Assembly (NCBI GenBank): GCA_022451925.1
Contig: JAKUNL010000001.1
Coordinates: 141,157 to 205,156 of the forward strand
From: Dehalococcoidia bacterium
GTDB lineage: Bacteria > Chloroflexota > Dehalococcoidia > Lucifugimonadales > UBA3495
Direction: 5' to 3'
DNA length: 64,000 nucleotides
The position numbers and the translations under genes were made by a program. Positions 9,905 through 20,343 of this stretch are shown here, piece by piece; positions within the stretch are counted from its first letter, which is position 1; each line of letters begins with the position of its first letter. Under the pieces are notes generated by a model, which was not told the origin of the DNA, did not search any database, and worked only from the letters and a program-made list of their open reading frames with translations.

Positions 9905-10705
9905 ATGGCTATCAAAATAGGCGTTCTAGCAAAACAGGTGATTGACCCGGAAATGCCCATGGCGGCATTCAAGATAGACGACGGTTCAAAAAAAGTAGTG
10001 CCACCGCCCAATATCCCGCCCGTCGTGAACGGCTTCGATGAGAACGCAGTAGAAGCCGCTCTAATGATTAAAGATGCCCAAGAAGCAACAGTAACCGTAA
10101 TTTCCACCGGAACAGAATTTGCCTTAGATGTGATGAAAAAACCGCTGTCTATGGGAGCCGACGAGCTGGTGCTTCTAGAGGACTCCATCCTCGAAAACAC
10201 CATTGATAGCTTTTTGACCGCCCAGTACTTAGCGGCGGCGATTCGCAAACTCGGTGGATTTGACCTGATAATCTGCGGACGCCAGGCATCTGACTGGGAC
10301 AATGCCCAAGTTCCCCTTGGTGTAGCGGAGATTCTCGGAATGGCATCCGTATCACTGGGTAAAAAAGTTGATGTAACCGACGGCAAGGTCAGGGTGGAGC
10401 GAATCATCCCTGACGGCTACGAGGTGGTTGAAGCCCCCCTACCATCTCTAGTCACCGTGAGTAACGAACTAGGCCAGCCCAGATATCCCACTCTACGTGG
10501 CATCATGGCTGCAACTAGGAAAAAACCGACCATATGGAGCGCATCTGACCTAGACTTAGATTCTTCCCAATCGTCGGCAAAGGTAAGTCTGCGAGATCTC
10601 TTCGTTCCGGTCAGTGACCAAGATTGCGAAATCATTGAAGGTGACGACCCCGGGGACTCGGGACGGCTACTCGCACTGAAACTACGGGAAGACAAGGTAA
10701 TTTAG
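9905..10705 (+). CDS. etfB: Electron transfer flavoprotein beta subunit
   Basis: KQVID, NGFDENAVEAAL, DLIICGRQASDWDNAQVP, PRYPTLRGIMAA. Confidence 0.93.
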   Translation: MAIKIGVLAKQVIDPEMPMAAFKIDDGSKKVVPPPNIPPVVNGFDENAVEAALMIKDAQEATVTVISTGTEFALDVMKKPLSMGADELVLLEDSILENTIDSFLTAQYLAAAIRKLGGFDLIICGRQASDWDNAQVPLGVAEILGMASVSLGKKVDVTDGKVRVERIIPDGYEVVEAPLPSLVTVSNELGQPRYPTLRGIMAATRKKPTIWSASDLDLDSSQSSAKVSLRDLFVPVSDQDCEIIEGDDPGDSGRLLALKLREDKVI

Positions 10706-10796
10706 TTAACTTCCTTTCGAACCCAGAATCGATAGGCGAGCTTAAAACTGGCGGCCCGCATGGCTTGTCAGTATTATTCCAAAAGCACGGGAGGCC

Positions 10797-11798
10797 GTGA
10801 TGGCTGAAGGAACCGGAGTACTGATCATTGGCGACACTTCAGGCGGAGAACTGGGCAGCACAACCCTTGAGTTGCTCGCCGCCGGACAGGCAGTCGCAAC
10901 TGAACTTGGAGAAGAACTGGCAGTCGCCCTTTTAGGTGACACCGTAGATGTACCAGCCCAACAGGCCATAGCTCACGGTTCTCAAAAGGTCTATGCGGTG
11001 AATCACCCCCTGCTGGCTCAATACCAGATTGATTTCCAATTGACAGCGGTGGAAGCTCTTTGCAATGAGATCAGCCCGCGTGTAATCCTAGTGGCTCGTA
11101 CTAACGAGGGCCGAGACTTGGCTCCCCGTCTCGCGTTCAGATTAGGGGTGGGACTAGCTCAGGACTGCTTGGAGGTCTCCATAGACCCCGCAGAGAAGAA
11201 ACTTCTTGCCAACCGTCCGGTATATGGCGGCAACGCAATCGCCGTCGTCAGCTGCGAAGAGACTCCACAGATCGCAGCTATTAGACCCAAGGCCTACGAG
11301 CCAACAGAGGCAGATCACTCACGTCAGGGTGAAATAGTTTCATTCCCTGTGGAACTAGACACATCGATGGCCAGAACTCAAGTGGTTGACACTGTAATCG
11401 AAGAGGCTGAAGGCATCAAACTAGAAGATGCCCACATTGTAATATCTGGCGGACGCGGCCTAGGCGGGCCAGAGCCATTTGCTCACCTCGAAGAACTGGC
11501 GAAAGTTGTGGGCGGGACAGTTGGTGCATCCAGGGCAGCAGTCGACTCGGGATGGGTGCCTGCGAGCTACCAGGTTGGGTTAACTGGCAAAACCATCACT
11601 CCTGACCTGTACATAATGGTTGCCATCTCCGGCGCTAGCCAGCACATGGCCGGCTGCTCCGGATCGAAAGTCATCGTGGCCATTAACAAAGACGCCGAAG
11701 CGAACATATTCAAAGAAGCCCGCTATGGGGTAGTCGGAGATTGGGAAACAGTTCTCCCTGCACTGACTGCAGCCCTTAAAGAACTAACGCAAGCTTAA
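10797..11798 (+). CDS. etfA: Electron transfer flavoprotein alpha subunit
   Basis: [44 protein letters not shown]. Confidence 0.94.
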   Translation: MMAEGTGVLIIGDTSGGELGSTTLELLAAGQAVATELGEELAVALLGDTVDVPAQQAIAHGSQKVYAVNHPLLAQYQIDFQLTAVEALCNEISPRVILVARTNEGRDLAPRLAFRLGVGLAQDCLEVSIDPAEKKLLANRPVYGGNAIAVVSCEETPQIAAIRPKAYEPTEADHSRQGEIVSFPVELDTSMARTQVVDTVIEEAEGIKLEDAHIVISGGRGLGGPEPFAHLEELAKVVGGTVGASRAAVDSGWVPASYQVGLTGKTITPDLYIMVAISGASQHMAGCSGSKVIVAINKDAEANIFKEARYGVVGDWETVLPALTAALKELTQA

Positions 11799-11937
11799 GA
11801 ATCCTTGATAAAAGAAAGGCAGTTCCTCCGTAACCTCACGACGTGAGATGACCATGCCGTATGAAGTTGTAGCTTGCGTCGGAATCCGCAATTGAGGCAC
11901 CCGTTTCGCGTAAGGTGATTTTTCTTAGATAGTAAAC

Positions 11938-12798
11938 CTACTCCAAGACAATATTGTCTATAAGTCGAACTGCGCCCATCCATACCGCCGCAGAGACCAT
12001 CACTCGGCTCTCTACCACTTGTAATTCATCCAACGTCGACATATCGGCCACACTGACGTAATCTATCGTTTCCACCGCAGGCTCTGATTTCAAAATCATC
12101 CCTGCAGCATCACGCAACACATTGGCGTCGCGTTCTCCTCCAGACCATAATAGATACATCTGACACAGAGCCCGATATAGCACCGGCGCCGCGAATCTTT
12201 GTTCGGGAGAAAGTTGGTCGTTGCGGCTACTCATGGCTAGACCATCGGCGTCACGGATGGTTGGCATCACCACCACCTCGACTCCCATAGCCAGATCAAC
12301 CGTCAGTCTTTGAATCACCACGGCTTGCTGCCCATCTTTCTGCCCAAAGTAAGCACGAGTAGGGCGCGTCAAGTTGAACAACTTTGAAACTACGGTTGCC
12401 ACCCCCCGGAAGTGTTCCGGCCGATGAAGACCTTCTAGTTTGGAAGCCAACGGGCCCACATCCACCCAAGTGTTGAACCCTTCGGGATAGACCTCTCCCA
12501 CCGATGGTGCATAGACCAAGTCCACACCATGACGGCGCAGCAACTCTAGGTCATTTTCCATGTCTCTGGGGTATTTATCGAGGTCTTTCTTATCACCAAA
12601 CTGAGATGGGTTAACAAATATACTAACGGCAACCGTGGAGTTATCCGTGCGAGCTTGATTAATCAAGCTTAAGTGTCCCGCATGAAGAGCTCCCATAGTC
12701 GGCACCAGGGCAACCGGCTTTGCTGCTTCACGACAAGCCTGAGACATCTCTTCGTTGGTGGTGATTACCCGCATGCTATGCGGAATCGCCTGCGCCAT
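11938..12798 (-). CDS. panC: Pantoate--beta-alanine ligase
   Basis: VPTMGALHAGHLSL, SIFVNPSQF, HFRGVATVVSKLF, YFGQKDGQQ, GLAMSSRN, RLIDN. Confidence 0.97.
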   Translation of the reverse strand: MAQAIPHSMRVITTNEEMSQACREAAKPVALVPTMGALHAGHLSLINQARTDNSTVAVSIFVNPSQFGDKKDLDKYPRDMENDLELLRRHGVDLVYAPSVGEVYPEGFNTWVDVGPLASKLEGLHRPEHFRGVATVVSKLFNLTRPTRAYFGQKDGQQAVVIQRLTVDLAMGVEVVVMPTIRDADGLAMSSRNDQLSPEQRFAAPVLYRALCQMYLLWSGGERDANVLRDAAGMILKSEPAVETIDYVSVADMSTLDELQVVESRVMVSAAVWMGAVRLIDNIVLE

Positions 12799-12852
12799 CT
12801 GATTTCACCTAATTCTCTATTCAATGTTGTCGATTCAGTCGCTGATAAATAA

Positions 12853-13818
12853 CTAACACTTCAGTTCATGTAGTGATGGGATACCACCCAATCCGGTTGC
12901 TTGTTGGATCGCACGAATCACGGCTTGAGCCGTCACTTCAACCGCAGCCGCGCCCATTGAAGTCAAATCTAGTTTAGACTCATTGCGGCCGGTCGCCACA
13001 GCAAACATAGTATCTCCATCCCGAACGGTATGGCATGGCCGAATTGTCAAGGCCAGACCGTCATGGCTCACACCAGCCAGGTAATTGGTATCTTCTTTAC
13101 TGAGTTTGGCATCAGTGGCCACCAATCCGATGGTGGTATTGACTGGACCTGAAGGTGAGTCATCCAGGCCTCTTATCAGCATTGCGACTGGGTCCTCAAA
13201 GCTGCCATCAGTCCGCCTTGGGCCGGCCAGCAATTTTCCGCTTTTGTAGTCCCAGACTCCACCCACCGCATTAACAGCTACTGCCGCTGCCACCGTTTGA
13301 CCAGTCGAGAGGGTAATTGCAGCGGTTCCGATACCACCTTTAACGCTTCTGTTAAAGCCTCCGCTTTTGGCCACAGTCGCTCCGGTTCCAGCGCCAACAC
13401 TTCCTTCAGGCATAGGTTCCGAACTCGCAGCAAGACAAGCATTCTTGCCGTCTTCAGCGCTAGGCCTGGCCTCTGAAGTAATAACGCCAAGGTCATAGAG
13501 AATAGCAGATGAAACTATAGGCACGATTGCAGAACCAACTTTGAAGCCGATACCCCGGGATTCCAGGTAGGCCACCACCCCAGACGCAGCGTCTAGCCCG
13601 TAGGCGCTGCCACCACTAAGTATTACAGCATGGATTTGATCGACGCGGTGTACCGGCCGTAGCAGGTCGGTCTCTCTGGTTCCAGGAGAACCACCCCGGA
13701 CATCCACACCGCCCACAGTGCCCTCAGTAAACAGAAAAACAGTACACCCAGTGGCGTTTTTGGAGTCGGTATAATGACCAACGTCAAGGCCATCAACAGC
13801 AGTGATGGTATGGTTCAT
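12853..13818 (-). CDS. P1/S58 family (DmpA-like) peptidase
   Basis: DVRGGSPGTRETDLL, LSGGSAYGL, EGSVGAGTGA, autoprocessing NTTIG, HTVRDGDTMFA; start moved to ATG 13818. Confidence 0.9.
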   Translation of the reverse strand: MNHTITAVDGLDVGHYTDSKNATGCTVFLFTEGTVGGVDVRGGSPGTRETDLLRPVHRVDQIHAVILSGGSAYGLDAASGVVAYLESRGIGFKVGSAIVPIVSSAILYDLGVITSEARPSAEDGKNACLAASSEPMPEGSVGAGTGATVAKSGGFNRSVKGGIGTAAITLSTGQTVAAAVAVNAVGGVWDYKSGKLLAGPRRTDGSFEDPVAMLIRGLDDSPSGPVNTTIGLVATDAKLSKEDTNYLAGVSHDGLALTIRPCHTVRDGDTMFAVATGRNESKLDLTSMGAAAVEVTAQAVIRAIQQATGLGGIPSLHELKC

Positions 13819-14011
13819 CGGAGCCTCAGGCAACTGTGGGAGGGCCTTTTTCGAGCCAAGCACGCGCCCCAAAACATGGGGGCGTATTTGAAGTACAATA
13901 TCGACTTTAAGGCCGTCTCGGTCATATCAGATCCCAGCGGCAATCCTGTGACTAAGCTCTAGTTCCGGTCATGCCTAGCGCTCACCCCCTCTAAAGGTAG
14001 ATGGCGGCTTA

Positions 14012-14040
14012 ATTCTAAGCCGGACCCAAATCGGTGTCAA
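14012..14040 (-). promoter_or_regulatory. Putative promoter of the dmpA-like/panC unit (about 190-nt leader)
   Basis: Minus strand TTGACA-17 nt-TAGAAT. Confidence 0.7.
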
Positions 14041-14072
14041 ACAAATCAAACCATCTATAAAACACTGAAAAT

Positions 14073-15332
14073 CTACGCCGTATCAGGTTTATCTAGCCGA
14101 TAATTGGGGAACGGTATAACAGAAATAATCACCGCAGATACAATGGTTAAAATGCCCACGTAGTAAAAAATTGCCCCATACCCGCCCATATTTTCGATTA
14201 TAAACGCCGCTATAAACGGAGACCCAAACCCTAGGAATCCGTTAACTCCAAATATCAGACCGGAAGCAGTAGCTTCGGTACCCTTTGGAACCACGTCTAG
14301 CAAAGCGGCGAGAATAATTTGCTGTAGGGCAAAGCTAAACAGCCCAACTCCGCCCATCAATACTGCCAACATCAGGCTGTCCCCAGCGCTAACAACAAAC
14401 AGTGTCAACAAAGCAGCTATCGCCAGTCCTGGAACCAGCACCTGTTTTCTGCCAAACCTATCAGACAAATAACCCAGGATAGGGGCAGATACTATGCCCA
14501 TCCCCGTTAACAGAGACAGGTGAACACCGGCGGCGAAGTAACTCATATCCAATCCACCGTCGGTAGCGTTCTTCAGATAGAAGGGAGACCACTGAAAGAG
14601 TGCATTATTTGCCACACCTCGGATAGCTGCCGCGAGCACCAGTGTAGTGACCACCGGGTTTTTGAACATGACCAGGCCTTCACGATAGGCACCGACCACG
14701 TTTCGCTGCGGACTCTCCTGTCCTTCGTCACCGTCTTCTTTTCCGAGATCTCGTAAAGACCACCATACGAAAACAGCCATCACTGCCGCGGGAACAGCGT
14801 ATATCAGAAGAATGTGCCGCCAAAGCATGAACATCAACAGTCCTCCGGCCACTGCCGGAGCAAGAACATTGCCAACGTTAGATCCGAACCCATGCATGGA
14901 TATGGCAAATCCACGCCGGTCAGGGAAACGCCGAGAAAGGGCAGCGGTCGAAGGTAGATGCCAAAGTGCGCCAGGAATGGAAACTATGATTACCGCGATT
15001 GTCAAAACAAAGAGGTTTGGGGATGCCGCAAGAACCAAGAATCCGAGCGCTGCCCAGATCATGCAGCCGATTAGGATTGGCCCCCAACTGGCTTTCATCT
15101 GGTCAACAATCGCTCCGCCAATCAAGTTGACGGCACCGAACCCACCTTGGCGAATGCCCAACATAAATGCAACCTGAAAGTTGGAGAGGCCCATAGCCGA
15201 TTGGATTGCAGGCATGAAAACAGGAAAACCCTGATCGTAAAGGTGGGATATCCCGTGACCAAAGGAAAGACTTCCTAAGATGAAGTTCCGGTTCTGCCTA
15301 CGATTCCTTGGTTTTTGTATCGCTTCCGCCAT
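14073..15332 (-). CDS. MFS transporter
   Basis: About 12 hydrophobic segments; motif A GYLSDRFGRK. Confidence 0.9.
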   Translation of the reverse strand: MAEAIQKPRNRRQNRNFILGSLSFGHGISHLYDQGFPVFMPAIQSAMGLSNFQVAFMLGIRQGGFGAVNLIGGAIVDQMKASWGPILIGCMIWAALGFLVLAASPNLFVLTIAVIIVSIPGALWHLPSTAALSRRFPDRRGFAISMHGFGSNVGNVLAPAVAGGLLMFMLWRHILLIYAVPAAVMAVFVWWSLRDLGKEDGDEGQESPQRNVVGAYREGLVMFKNPVVTTLVLAAAIRGVANNALFQWSPFYLKNATDGGLDMSYFAAGVHLSLLTGMGIVSAPILGYLSDRFGRKQVLVPGLAIAALLTLFVVSAGDSLMLAVLMGGVGLFSFALQQIILAALLDVVPKGTEATASGLIFGVNGFLGFGSPFIAAFIIENMGGYGAIFYYVGILTIVSAVIISVIPFPNYRLDKPDTA

Positions 15333-15577
15333 AGATCCCTTAATATTTAGACTACAAATTACGAAACCTCAAAGACACGGCTGATTCTAAAGTCTGTATG
15401 TAGACCATGCAAGCATCATAGTATTCAGTTACGGCCACTCATCAATCTTTTACAGGCGTCTCCAAGCTCAACGGCGGTATGCTATGCTACGGTCAATTTA
15501 CTGCCATACGATGCAGCCACATTCGGGTAAAACCTAGAAATAAAATAATCTGATTGAATTACTTCGGAGGAACCGGA

Positions 15578-16354
15578 ATGCCTTATGAAGGACTGAATCT
15601 GAATGGTCAAACCGCGTTGGTAACCGGATCCGGGCGAGGTATCGGTGCGGCGTTGGCGCTAGGCCTTGCCCAAGCAGGGGCCGACGTTGCAGTGTCAGAC
15701 AGAGCCGACAGGATGAATCTCGCAGAAGAGACCAGGGCCAAGGTCGAAGCTGAGGGCGTAAAGACCGCGGCATATTCGTTAGATGTTCTAGACCTTGCCG
15801 GTATCCCAAAGACTATTGACCAGATAGTAAAGGACTTTGGACGGCTGGATATCCTGGTCAATAACGCGGGCATCCGAATACCCAAGCCAGCCTTAGAAGT
15901 CACCGAGGAAGATTGGGACGCGACAATTGACATTAACCTCAAGGGTGTATTCTTCTGCGCTCAAGCGGCAGGGCGCCACATGGTAGCTCAAGGTTATGGC
16001 AGGATCATCAATCTTGGATCTCAACTCTCTGAAGTAGCGTCTCGAGGGCGTTCCTCTTATTGCGCCAGCAAATTCGGTGTTGCTGGCATAACCAAAGTCA
16101 TGGCCGTAGAGTGGGCACCGCACGGAGTAAACGTCAACGCCATCGGACCAGGCCCCACCAGCACTCCAGGTATGCTTGCCGCCAGCACTCGCACCGATGA
16201 AGAGGTGCAAGCCGACCTGGACGCACATCTACCTCTCGGACGACGCATGGACCCGTCGGAAATGGTCGGCGCTGTTATCTACTTGGCTAGCAAGTCATCG
16301 GCCGGCACCACAGGTCATCTGCTGATGGTCGATGGCGGGTGGACAGCGATTTAA
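15578..16354 (+). CDS. Short-chain dehydrogenase/reductase
   Basis: TGSGRGIG, NNAG, YCASK; GGAGG SD before ATG 15578. Confidence 0.92.
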   Translation: MPYEGLNLNGQTALVTGSGRGIGAALALGLAQAGADVAVSDRADRMNLAEETRAKVEAEGVKTAAYSLDVLDLAGIPKTIDQIVKDFGRLDILVNNAGIRIPKPALEVTEEDWDATIDINLKGVFFCAQAAGRHMVAQGYGRIINLGSQLSEVASRGRSSYCASKFGVAGITKVMAVEWAPHGVNVNAIGPGPTSTPGMLAASTRTDEEVQADLDAHLPLGRRMDPSEMVGAVIYLASKSSAGTTGHLLMVDGGWTAI

Positions 16355-16376
16355 GTCAGTGAGCAGGAGCGACTTT

Positions 16377-16841
16377 ATGGATCTTGCAAGTCTGGAACGG
16401 CGCATCAAAGTACTAGAAGATAAAGAAGAGATTAAACAGCTGAAGCACCGTTACTGTTGCCTCTGTGATAACACCTACGACGCAGATGCCTTGGCAGAAC
16501 TCTTCACCGAAGACGCAGTCTGGGATGGCAAGGAGCGCGGGAAAAATAACGGAAGGGAGGCCATCAGAGAATTCTTCCGAAACGCTCCCAACCGGCTGCC
16601 CTTCGCCATCCACATGGTAATGAACCCGATAATAGAAGTCATGGGAGACCGGGCCACAGGCATTTGGTATTTGTTCCAACCATGCACATACGCCGAAGGG
16701 AACCAAGCCGTATGGGGATCGGCCCGCTACGACGAGGAATACGTTCGAATAAATGGCCAATGGATGTTCCAAAACCTCACACTCACATCGAATTTTTGGA
16801 CACCGTTTGATGAGGGTTGGGCTGAAACCCAATTTGCCTAA
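16377..16841 (+). CDS. SnoaL/NTF2-like protein (BaiE/LinA-like)
   Basis: LEDKEEIKQLKHRYC..CD, LFTEDAVW, HMVMNPIIEV, RYDEEYVRINGQW; AGGAG SD before ATG 16377. Confidence 0.85.
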   Translation: MDLASLERRIKVLEDKEEIKQLKHRYCCLCDNTYDADALAELFTEDAVWDGKERGKNNGREAIREFFRNAPNRLPFAIHMVMNPIIEVMGDRATGIWYLFQPCTYAEGNQAVWGSARYDEEYVRINGQWMFQNLTLTSNFWTPFDEGWAETQFA

Positions 16842-17624
16842 TTGGACCAACTGATGCAAAAGATTCACACGAATAAGATGGAAGGGATGGTGGCCATAGT
16901 TACAGGTGCTAGCAGGGGGCTAGGCCGGGCCATCGCCAAGGAATTCGCAGCAGAGGGCGCGAATGTTGTGGTGTCTGCACGCCGCGGCTCGCCCACTGGA
17001 TTATCTGGTACGGCGGCGGAAACGGCACAACAGATTAGAGCCGATGGAGGAGAAGCATTAGGCCTAACCTGTGACGTTTCAGATGAAGAACAGGTCATGG
17101 CTATGGTGGGTCAGACCATAGATGTTTACGGACGGATTGATGTACTAGTGAACAATGCAGGCATCATGGTTCTAGGAGAGACACTTATGGACATATTACC
17201 GTTCACTTGGGATCAGAGCATAGCAGCGAACCTAAAAGGGCCTTACCTATGTTCTCGAGCAGTGCTACCAACCATGATCGAGCAGCAGAGCGGGAGCATC
17301 ATCAACATAGGCTCCAGAATGGGCAGCGACCATAATCAAGGTGGCGGAGTCCTCTACAGTTCTACCAAGGCCGCCGTACACATGTTCAGCTTTTGTTTAG
17401 CAGAAGAGGTCAAGGAGCACGGCATTGCTGTGAATGTTCTGTCACCAGGGGGGCTGAAAACTGAAGGTTCTGCGGCGATACCCTGGACCCAACGAGATTG
17501 GGAACAAAGGGTGGAACCGGAGGCCGTGGGCCCAAGCGCAGTTTACCTAGCTTGTCAGACCGCAAGCACGTTCACTGGCCGATTAGTCCTGCGGGCAGAG
17601 TTCGGGGAGACTTGGGGCGCTTAG
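16842..17624 (+). CDS. Short-chain dehydrogenase/reductase (true start may be ATG 16854 or 16878)
   Basis: TGASRGLG, NNAG, YSSTK. Confidence 0.9.
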   Translation: MDQLMQKIHTNKMEGMVAIVTGASRGLGRAIAKEFAAEGANVVVSARRGSPTGLSGTAAETAQQIRADGGEALGLTCDVSDEEQVMAMVGQTIDVYGRIDVLVNNAGIMVLGETLMDILPFTWDQSIAANLKGPYLCSRAVLPTMIEQQSGSIINIGSRMGSDHNQGGGVLYSSTKAAVHMFSFCLAEEVKEHGIAVNVLSPGGLKTEGSAAIPWTQRDWEQRVEPEAVGPSAVYLACQTASTFTGRLVLRAEFGETWGA

Positions 17625-17820
17625 GTACCTTACGGGTAGGGATTCGCTGTAACGCTTCCATACACGTCCTTTTTAACACAGTCAGCTGTCGAGACAGGGT
17701 CCATCGGATGATTTCAATTGGTCTACACAGATCAAGCCCAGGAACAACGATATTCCTGACTTTACGCTTTGGAGAAATATTTAGAAAGGCATTCCAACCC
17801 AGATGGATATCTTTTAGAAG

Positions 17821-18456
17821 CTAACAGTTGACTGCTTTCTGCCCAAAGCGATTGAAAGACGTCACATCCTCAGATGGAATTCGATCAGTGGGGCCAAAGT
17901 TGCCCTTTGGGTAGCCAAGAGGTGTTAAACACAGCGTTTCCACATGATCCGGTATGCCCAACCAATCTTTAACTTTTTGTTCATCACGTAAGTGCGTAGT
18001 GGTTATTCGCGTTCCTAGCCCAAGGGATTGAGCTGCCAGGAACATGTTCTGTATCGCCAGCCATACAGACGATGCATACCGACCGCGCTCGATGGGTGCA
18101 CCAACGGTGTATGGTTGCCCACCTTTAGTGTGGTCTGCGCAGACCAGAATCATCGCAGGGACCTCTGGCATATGATTAGCTAGGTAACGGGCAGAACGAT
18201 ATGCCGGAGACTCATCGGCAGGGGCTGTGGCACCCATTGCACCCAACCACAAATCTCGATATAGGCCACCGATTTTCTCAATCAAGTCTCGATTCGTTAT
18301 CGCTATGAAATGCCACGGCTGTTTATTCCCGCCGCTGGGCGCCTTGGTTGCAGCATCTAGTATCTTTTTTATATCGTGGAGCGGGACTGCGTCCGGTTTA
18401 TATCGGGTGAACTGCCGCTGATTGTATATGGCTTCAAATACACCAATATCGTCCAT
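17821..18456 (-). CDS. FMN-dependent nitroreductase family protein
   Basis: AATKAPSGGNKQPWHF, QNMFLAAQSLGLG, LGYP. Confidence 0.9.
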   Translation of the reverse strand: MDDIGVFEAIYNQRQFTRYKPDAVPLHDIKKILDAATKAPSGGNKQPWHFIAITNRDLIEKIGGLYRDLWLGAMGATAPADESPAYRSARYLANHMPEVPAMILVCADHTKGGQPYTVGAPIERGRYASSVWLAIQNMFLAAQSLGLGTRITTTHLRDEQKVKDWLGIPDHVETLCLTPLGYPKGNFGPTDRIPSEDVTSFNRFGQKAVNC

Positions 18457-18488
18457 GCCCTTTACCTCGCGGAAATCGCTGCCAAGTT

Positions 18489-18926
18489 TTATCCCTTTGG
18501 TTCAGCTAGGAATACTTTAATAACTCTGCTGGTCTTGTTCTGATATTCCGTATAAGGGGGAAATGCTTCTACGGCAATGGCCCAAAGTCGGTTTCGTTCT
18601 TCCGTATCGATCACTTCCCGAACGCGCATGGACTGTACGATAGTGCCGTCGCGAATCTCTACATTCGGCTCCGCCGTCAGGTTATAAACCCAAACCGGAT
18701 GTTTGGGGGCACCGCCCTGAGAACCTACAAGAACGTAGTTATCACCATCAACCACCCTCATCAGAGGAGTCTTTCGTATGGCACCAGTTTTGGCGCCCGT
18801 ATTAGTGACGATAATCACTGGCAGGCCGGTATCACGCAAAGTCAACCCTTCGGTTCCCTGGCTTCCCTCGTACAACTCAACTTGTTCAGCTACCCAATCC
18901 CTAGTGCTTGGAATATATTCGGCCAT
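18489..18926 (-). CDS. Deazaflavin (F420)-dependent nitroreductase/quinone reductase, Ddn family
   Basis: TGAKTGAIRKTPLM, GSQGGAPKHPVWVYNL, YTEYQNKTSRVI. Confidence 0.9.
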   Translation of the reverse strand: MAEYIPSTRDWVAEQVELYEGSQGTEGLTLRDTGLPVIIVTNTGAKTGAIRKTPLMRVVDGDNYVLVGSQGGAPKHPVWVYNLTAEPNVEIRDGTIVQSMRVREVIDTEERNRLWAIAVEAFPPYTEYQNKTSRVIKVFLAEPKG

Positions 18927-18981
18927 AATTATTTCCTTTTTGAACTATCTTACAAATACTTGACAGCACGGATTCGGCAGG

Positions 18982-19299
18982 TCAGTCATCAGGTAGTTCG
19001 GCAATCAGATGCCCGTCTTCGACGGTTACTGGAAAACCAACCAATTTGGCATTGGGACCATTCACGCAAACGCCTTCAGAGTATTCGAATCGCCATCCAT
19101 GAGCCGGACACATGAAACATCCGGACCAGTCGACCACTTCCACTGCCTGGTGCGGGCATATATTGGACAGCATCTGGTAAACACCTTTCTTACTGCGGAC
19201 CAAGAAATAGGACCAGTCACCAATCTTGATCTCTTTGGGAAGTTTAGTAAACCCAGACTGTAATCCCAGGTCAACGTTGATGGTTTTATACGTAGCCAT
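18982..19299 (-). CDS. Small Rieske [2Fe-2S] ferredoxin-like protein
   Basis: CPHQ...CPAHGWRF Rieske motif. Confidence 0.85.
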   Translation of the reverse strand: MATYKTINVDLGLQSGFTKLPKEIKIGDWSYFLVRSKKGVYQMLSNICPHQAVEVVDWSGCFMCPAHGWRFEYSEGVCVNGPNAKLVGFPVTVEDGHLIAELPDD

Positions 19300-19459
19300 A
19301 GGTTTAATTACTTCCTAACATAATTAGGTCTGCGATTCCGGCCAGTATAGCCGATGCAGGTTGACGCCTCAAGGACGCCTGATCGTCTTATAGACAGCCT
19401 TGACGCCGGAAACTTTATACCGCAGTATGTGATCATTCAAATAGGGAATAGGGTGAGTC

Positions 19460-19645
19460 TTGATGGCTGATTTAAGCAAGGATGATATTCGTTCCATGGG
19501 AAAGGCCGTTGGCCTGGACATAAACGAGCCGGAATTGACAGAGGTAATGTATAGCCTGAACGCTCTTCTGGAATCCCTTGACGCCATAAACCCGCCTGGT
19601 CTAAACGACGTGGAACCGCTACCGATTATCCTACCACCGGTGTAA
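19460..19645 (+). CDS. Small protein, GatC/AtzG-like amidase accessory-type sequence
   Basis: LSKDDIRSMGKAVGLDI.E.EL...L..LLE.LD......VEP resembles the GatC N-terminal pattern; SD-like AGGGTGAG upstream. Confidence 0.6.
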   Translation: MMADLSKDDIRSMGKAVGLDINEPELTEVMYSLNALLESLDAINPPGLNDVEPLPIILPPV

Positions 19646-20343
19646 GAATAGACTCTCCTCCACAAATCGGATGCAGCTCGCATTGATTTCCCTGCACTCT
19701 ACGTCCCGGCGTCCACCCACGATTTTCCCATATGACAACATCACCCATGGTCGATTTCAAATTAATCGGTCAACCCTGACAGTTGCGGATGATTACGCGA
19801 GTTCGTATTCTCGTTCACCCCGTCTACGAATCAGTGCGAGAAGGATTCCAATAAAGGCCCATAGCTCGACTGGAAATACAGGTCCAGACCAATGACCTAA
19901 GTTTAAGGGTTTTAATCGTCCGGTTACTTGCCAATACTAGCCATGTAGATGGTACGGTGCCTATGGGCATGGCGATACGTTCGGACCATCTGGGAAAAGA
20001 GTCATATCCATCACTCCAATTAACCTGTTGGAGTTTTTAAACGAAGCTCAATTGGTCGGAACCGACCTCCAATGGAAGGTTGTCGGGAATTGAGTCGACG
20101 CCCATTTTGAACCTTACGGCTTAGCCTTTGTTGAAAATCGAAGAAATCCGAACGGTTCTCCAATCGATGGATAGAAATTGCGAGCATCGATCTTGGATGT
20201 AGGCTCATATCCTTCACTAATCTCTAGGGTGTAGGTGATCCGGTTCAAGAGCCTGCAGGCCGTCTGGAGCGTTTACTCGTGAGAAATCTCTAGAGACGTT
20301 GATTCCAGAGATTCTTGTCAAATCCTGACTACCGGTGTCCAAG

